Shown here: piece after piece, positions 60,382 to 64,000 of the stretch | Numbering within the stretch: position 1 is the stretch's first letter | Layout: each line of letters begins with the position of its first letter | Origin: Flectonema sp. DT1601 | Lineage: Eukaryota | Direction: 5' to 3' | DNA: 64,000 nucleotides | Assembly (NCBI GenBank): GCA_964019425.1 | Contig: OZ025790.1 | Coordinates: forward strand, 806,001 to 870,000 | Notes under the pieces: generated by a model | Told to the model about the DNA's origin: nothing | The model's database searches: none | What the model saw: the letters and a program-made list of their open reading frames with translations, nothing else | Program-made: the position numbers and the translations under genes

Positions 60382-62061
60382 CTAACTCTGGTACTGAGTG
60401 ATGAGTAGTTTAAATCCAAAAGCTGCTGCAGTCCCGAATGTAGTAATGAACTGTCCAAGAAGTTCGTAGTTTGCACGGACTCCAAGTACTCTAACTGGAC
60501 AGAGGTCGTATAGAGCTTCGAGTCCTCGCTTTATTTCAGCAAGAGCACGACAGACAGATTCAATATGATTGATAGAGTCATCATTTGCAGTGTCCAAGTG
60601 TAGTGATCGAACTCTTAATTTTTCAACAGATATAAGCCCCGCATGATTTCTCTGAACCGAATTACAACGAGCTGCACAAGAAAGAACTGCCGCCAATGAA
60701 GCAGCAACAAAAACAGTTATTGTAACAACGATTGCTAAGACTTGAGTAGGAAAGATGTAACCACTCAAACTTGCCATAGCTACTCCAAGAACAGCAATCA
60801 CTAGTAGCACTAGAGCAATGGAAACATAAAAGGTGATTCGTACTTGAAATCGTTTTCCTAAATCCAATGCCACAACTCTACAATGAAACCAAGTATAGCA
60901 GTTTGCAGGTATTTGAAGGCTTATCTTGTCAATAATAAGATGTCCTCCTGGAGGAGGGGTCAGTCCAACCGCCCACATGGTTGTCTGTAACACAGAATGC
61001 AACCTGTGATAGTGCACTACTCCAGCCATTAAAAACATAAACATTGAATACCAACAAAATGAAATAATCATCTGAGCTATAATCTTTACAACAAAATGTT
61101 CCCATCGGAGGCCATCATAAGTAAATGGTGGAACAGGTGACCAAAGGCATGCTATGATAAAGATATGTGATATTTTACCGATCTTACCAATAGTTGCTGT
61201 TGTTCCCTTTGTATAGGTTAAGGAATAGTCACATAGTCTTTCCATTAAATCAGATGCACGGAGGAGGTATAAATGTCCGGAAGAGTTCGTATCTCCGCCA
61301 AGAGACTGTGGTTTTCGAACATAAAAAACTTGTTTTTCCAAATCAACACCTGTACGCAACTGAGCTACCCGTAACTCATCATAAAATAATTCAGTAGAAC
61401 AATTCATCCACGATAGCACTAAGTGTCTGGTTAAGTCCATCCCAACCTTTTCAGATAACGCTTTGTATTCAGAAGGAGGATAAAAAGCGTATTTTGTGCC
61501 GATTACAATACTCCTATAAGTATAAAGTGTTAACGCTAAGCAGACATCAACTTTCAATTCATGTAAATCTAAAAATATGAAAGCAAACAAGACACTCATC
61601 ATCATTAATGGGATACATTCAATTAAGAGAGGTGGGAATTGAAGTGATCCAGGGCGACACCATGCAAGACAGCCAACGTAAACCTTGTTTTGTGCGGCTA
61701 TAAAACCATCAATAAATAAATTAAATGGCAAAGCCAAAGGCTGAAGCAGATGAGATATCGCCTCATAAAAAAATACTCTCGGGTTGAAAACAACATCTCT
61801 AGAAGGATCCACTTCTCCGACCTTTTCACATCGCATTCTTTTTTCCAACTCATCGAGGATGACGCTACGTACTGTAGGACATTCCACTATTCGCTTGTCA
61901 TTGCTCAAGGCCCAAGGATGTATTCTCAATACGTTGGTACCCTTCGGGGAGTTCAGTGGCGAACCAACAAAACCCATACAGCCATCACGTGATCCCATTT
62001 CATCCCCATCAGGGAGTTTTAAATTATCAAGATTTAACTTTTCTTCATAACCTGTAGACAT
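60382..62061 (-). CDS. Hypothetical multi-pass membrane protein
   Basis: Long ORF with about seven hydrophobic segments; ATG 62061 (MSTGYEEK) is the likely start. Confidence 0.8.
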   Translation of the reverse strand: MSTGYEEKLNLDNLKLPDGDEMGSRDGCMGFVGSPLNSPKGTNVLRIHPWALSNDKRIVECPTVRSVILDELEKRMRCEKVGEVDPSRDVVFNPRVFFYEAISHLLQPLALPFNLFIDGFIAAQNKVYVGCLAWCRPGSLQFPPLLIECIPLMMMSVLFAFIFLDLHELKVDVCLALTLYTYRSIVIGTKYAFYPPSEYKALSEKVGMDLTRHLVLSWMNCSTELFYDELRVAQLRTGVDLEKQVFYVRKPQSLGGDTNSSGHLYLLRASDLMERLCDYSLTYTKGTTATIGKIGKISHIFIIACLWSPVPPFTYDGLRWEHFVVKIIAQMIISFCWYSMFMFLMAGVVHYHRLHSVLQTTMWAVGLTPPPGGHLIIDKISLQIPANCYTWFHCRVVALDLGKRFQVRITFYVSIALVLLVIAVLGVAMASLSGYIFPTQVLAIVVTITVFVAASLAAVLSCAARCNSVQRNHAGLISVEKLRVRSLHLDTANDDSINHIESVCRALAEIKRGLEALYDLCPVRVLGVRANYELLGQFITTFGTAAAFGFKLLITQYQS

Positions 62062-62745
62062 TAGTATGGAATTACAGCGACTGGGGAAATAACGAAAAAA
62101 AGTTGTGTTACGCATTGCGAAAAAATACAGAAAGCAATACCAACAAAACGAGCAAGAGATTGCCAAGGGGGATGTGGGAAACTGGCTTCTTCTTTTTTTT
62201 TTTTTTTTTTCCCTCTCCGAGAAATAGCTTTAAAGCTTCACTGCCTCAAATCTGACGACTGTCTTCTAGTAGACGTGTGTAATAGCTTTCCTAAAATCGT
62301 TTTTTTTTTTTTTTTTTTTCATCCACCGAAAGTAGTCATAAGATAAGCAAGTTCGTGTCCAGCCTTGTCAATAAAAACTAAAACGCGGTGCAGAATAACT
62401 GCTCGGGTGATGCGAGCACGAATCTATTTTTTTTTTCCCCCTAATAAAAATGCAAAGTCCCTTCCCTGCCAACCACGGCATTTTTAAACTCAACTCAGAC
62501 AGCAGAGCGGATTGTCACAGTGTCCCAAATAGAACAACTCGGAACGTAAATTCAGAAGTTGCTTTCCCACCGCGAACTGAGTAGTAATAAAGTACGATAG
62601 GTAAAGGTAAGGAAATAAACATGCTATATTTACCACTAACTCCTGTTCCCTCTCAGGAAGTTCACTAGTAGTCAGGGGGTGGAGTGACCTACCGAGAACA
62701 TTATTATTATCTTTCTCTTTTTTATTTTTGTTTCTTTTTTTTAAA

Positions 62746-63273
62746 TTATTTTAAGATTTTCATCTTTCCCATGTGACCTAACTTCGGGAACTCCTCATCA
62801 AGATACGGATTACCTTCTTGCTTAAGACGAGTAGCGTCAGGTTTGTTTTTAGCGTAACCGGAGAAGACATCTTGAACTGCTGAGAACCCTTTTATGACCT
62901 TACCGAAAGGAGTGAAGCCTTGACTGTCTAGACTACTGTTATCAATCAAGTTTATGAATACTTGTGTACTTCTAGTGTCATCACCACGCCGTGCGAATGA
63001 TATAGTGCCTTTCTTATTGGATTGCTGCGGAGGATCATCTTTTATGGTATGCTGCCATTTCGCTTGCATTTTTTTATCCGCAGCTATCCCGAATTGAACA
63101 ATAAAGTCAGGTACTACTCTATGGAATCTGCAGTTATCAAAAAATCCATCTGAAACCATCTGCAGAAATCGCTCTGCCCCTATCGGAGACCAGTCTTCGT
63201 GAACCTCAATAACAACTTCCTCCATCGATGCTCCCTTTTCTCTATAGTATTCAAAGCAAACATTAATCGACAT
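62746..63273 (-). CDS. Cyclophilin-type peptidyl-prolyl isomerase
   Basis: RFHRVVPDFIVQFG, GTISFA, TRSTQVFINLIDN, FTPFGKV. Confidence 0.95.
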   Translation of the reverse strand: MSINVCFEYYREKGASMEEVVIEVHEDWSPIGAERFLQMVSDGFFDNCRFHRVVPDFIVQFGIAADKKMQAKWQHTIKDDPPQQSNKKGTISFARRGDDTRSTQVFINLIDNSSLDSQGFTPFGKVIKGFSAVQDVFSGYAKNKPDATRLKQEGNPYLDEEFPKLGHMGKMKILK

Positions 63274-63880
63274 ATTCTTTTTTTTTAAAAATCGTGTCTG
63301 GGTAAGGAGTCAAGTACTCAGAAAAAGAAACAAACAACAGCTGGTCAGTTAGAACAGTGAGGATGGATCTCTTTACGAGATATCGATTGGTGAGTAGACA
63401 GCTTGTTAATAAACCAATGACTTCCATATGTGGTGGTAGCCTGCATTAACATAAATAAAATACACAAATACGTCTGTACGAACATTACAACACTCCCATC
63501 TCCCAACAACAGGAAACAAGAAGAAGATACACAACAAGGAAAACGAGGCACAGCTCAACACACGGAAAAAGTCGAAACACTGAATGCAACACGATCCAGC
63601 ATTTCGAGAAAAAAAAGTTTAATTCAGTTTGTGTGTCATATAAACAACATGACACAGCGGAGAGGAAGAAACTGCTGCGTTCTGATTGTCTGGTCGAAAG
63701 CTACCAAGCAATTCAGCACAGCATACGAAGCTTACACAGTTAACAACTGGATTGCTACCAGACATATTCGTTGTCGGGAGAGCGTTTAAAATGGAACAAA
63801 TAGTGTTTTTTTTTCTCTTTACTGTTAATTTTTAAATTTTTCTTTTTTTTTTTTTTTCAGAGAGAGAAAAGTAATACTTT

Positions 63881-64000
63881 TTAGAGCTTTCTGGTTCTGA
63901 GGGCCTTCAGAGCCTTGGCAACTTGCTCGCTGCTGCACTCGTTCTCAAAGAAGGTTCCCTGAGCGTCCTGCTCGCACTGGCCAACTGGCTGGGTGCTGCT
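63881..64000 (-). CDS. Third cathepsin L copy, C-terminal end only (partial)
   Basis: Matches 12831-12950; downstream flank 63433-63880 matches 5609-6060 with a few differences. Confidence 0.92.
   Translation of the reverse strand, partial: SSTQPVGQCEQDAQGTFFENECSSEQVAKALKALRTRKL

Overview
Eukaryotic genomic DNA, most likely a euglenozoan and probably a diplonemid (inference: euglenozoan-like 18S fragment, BILBO1 homologues, cruzipain-type cathepsin L, every gene on the minus strand, short GT-AG introns). About 20 host genes form one unidirectional cluster. They include a partial secreted protein of >1770 aa missed by the ORF track, cathepsin L (3 copies), TMEM184, arylsulfatase, BILBO1, MORN/FYVE, TM9SF, two Ubl-LRR paralogues, a zinc-less carbonic anhydrase, WD40, tetraspanin, an alpha/beta hydrolase and a cyclophilin. 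A recent duplication of the cathepsin locus gives matched empty and filled sites for a LINE (13-bp TSD) and a piggyBac (ATAA TSD). Main leads: (1) a repeated, apparently 5'-truncated retroelement with TSDs, a Josephin-like ORF end and a hammerhead-like motif in its 3' UTR; (2) a BILBO1 paralogue with an ADP-ribosyltransferase domain inserted in its coiled coil plus a PDZ domain; (3) a LINE ORF ending in three unusual Cys/His repeats; (4) an orphan 18S rDNA 5' fragment; (5) cis-introns with A/AC-rich acceptors. All domain calls come from motif recognition by eye; no searches were run.
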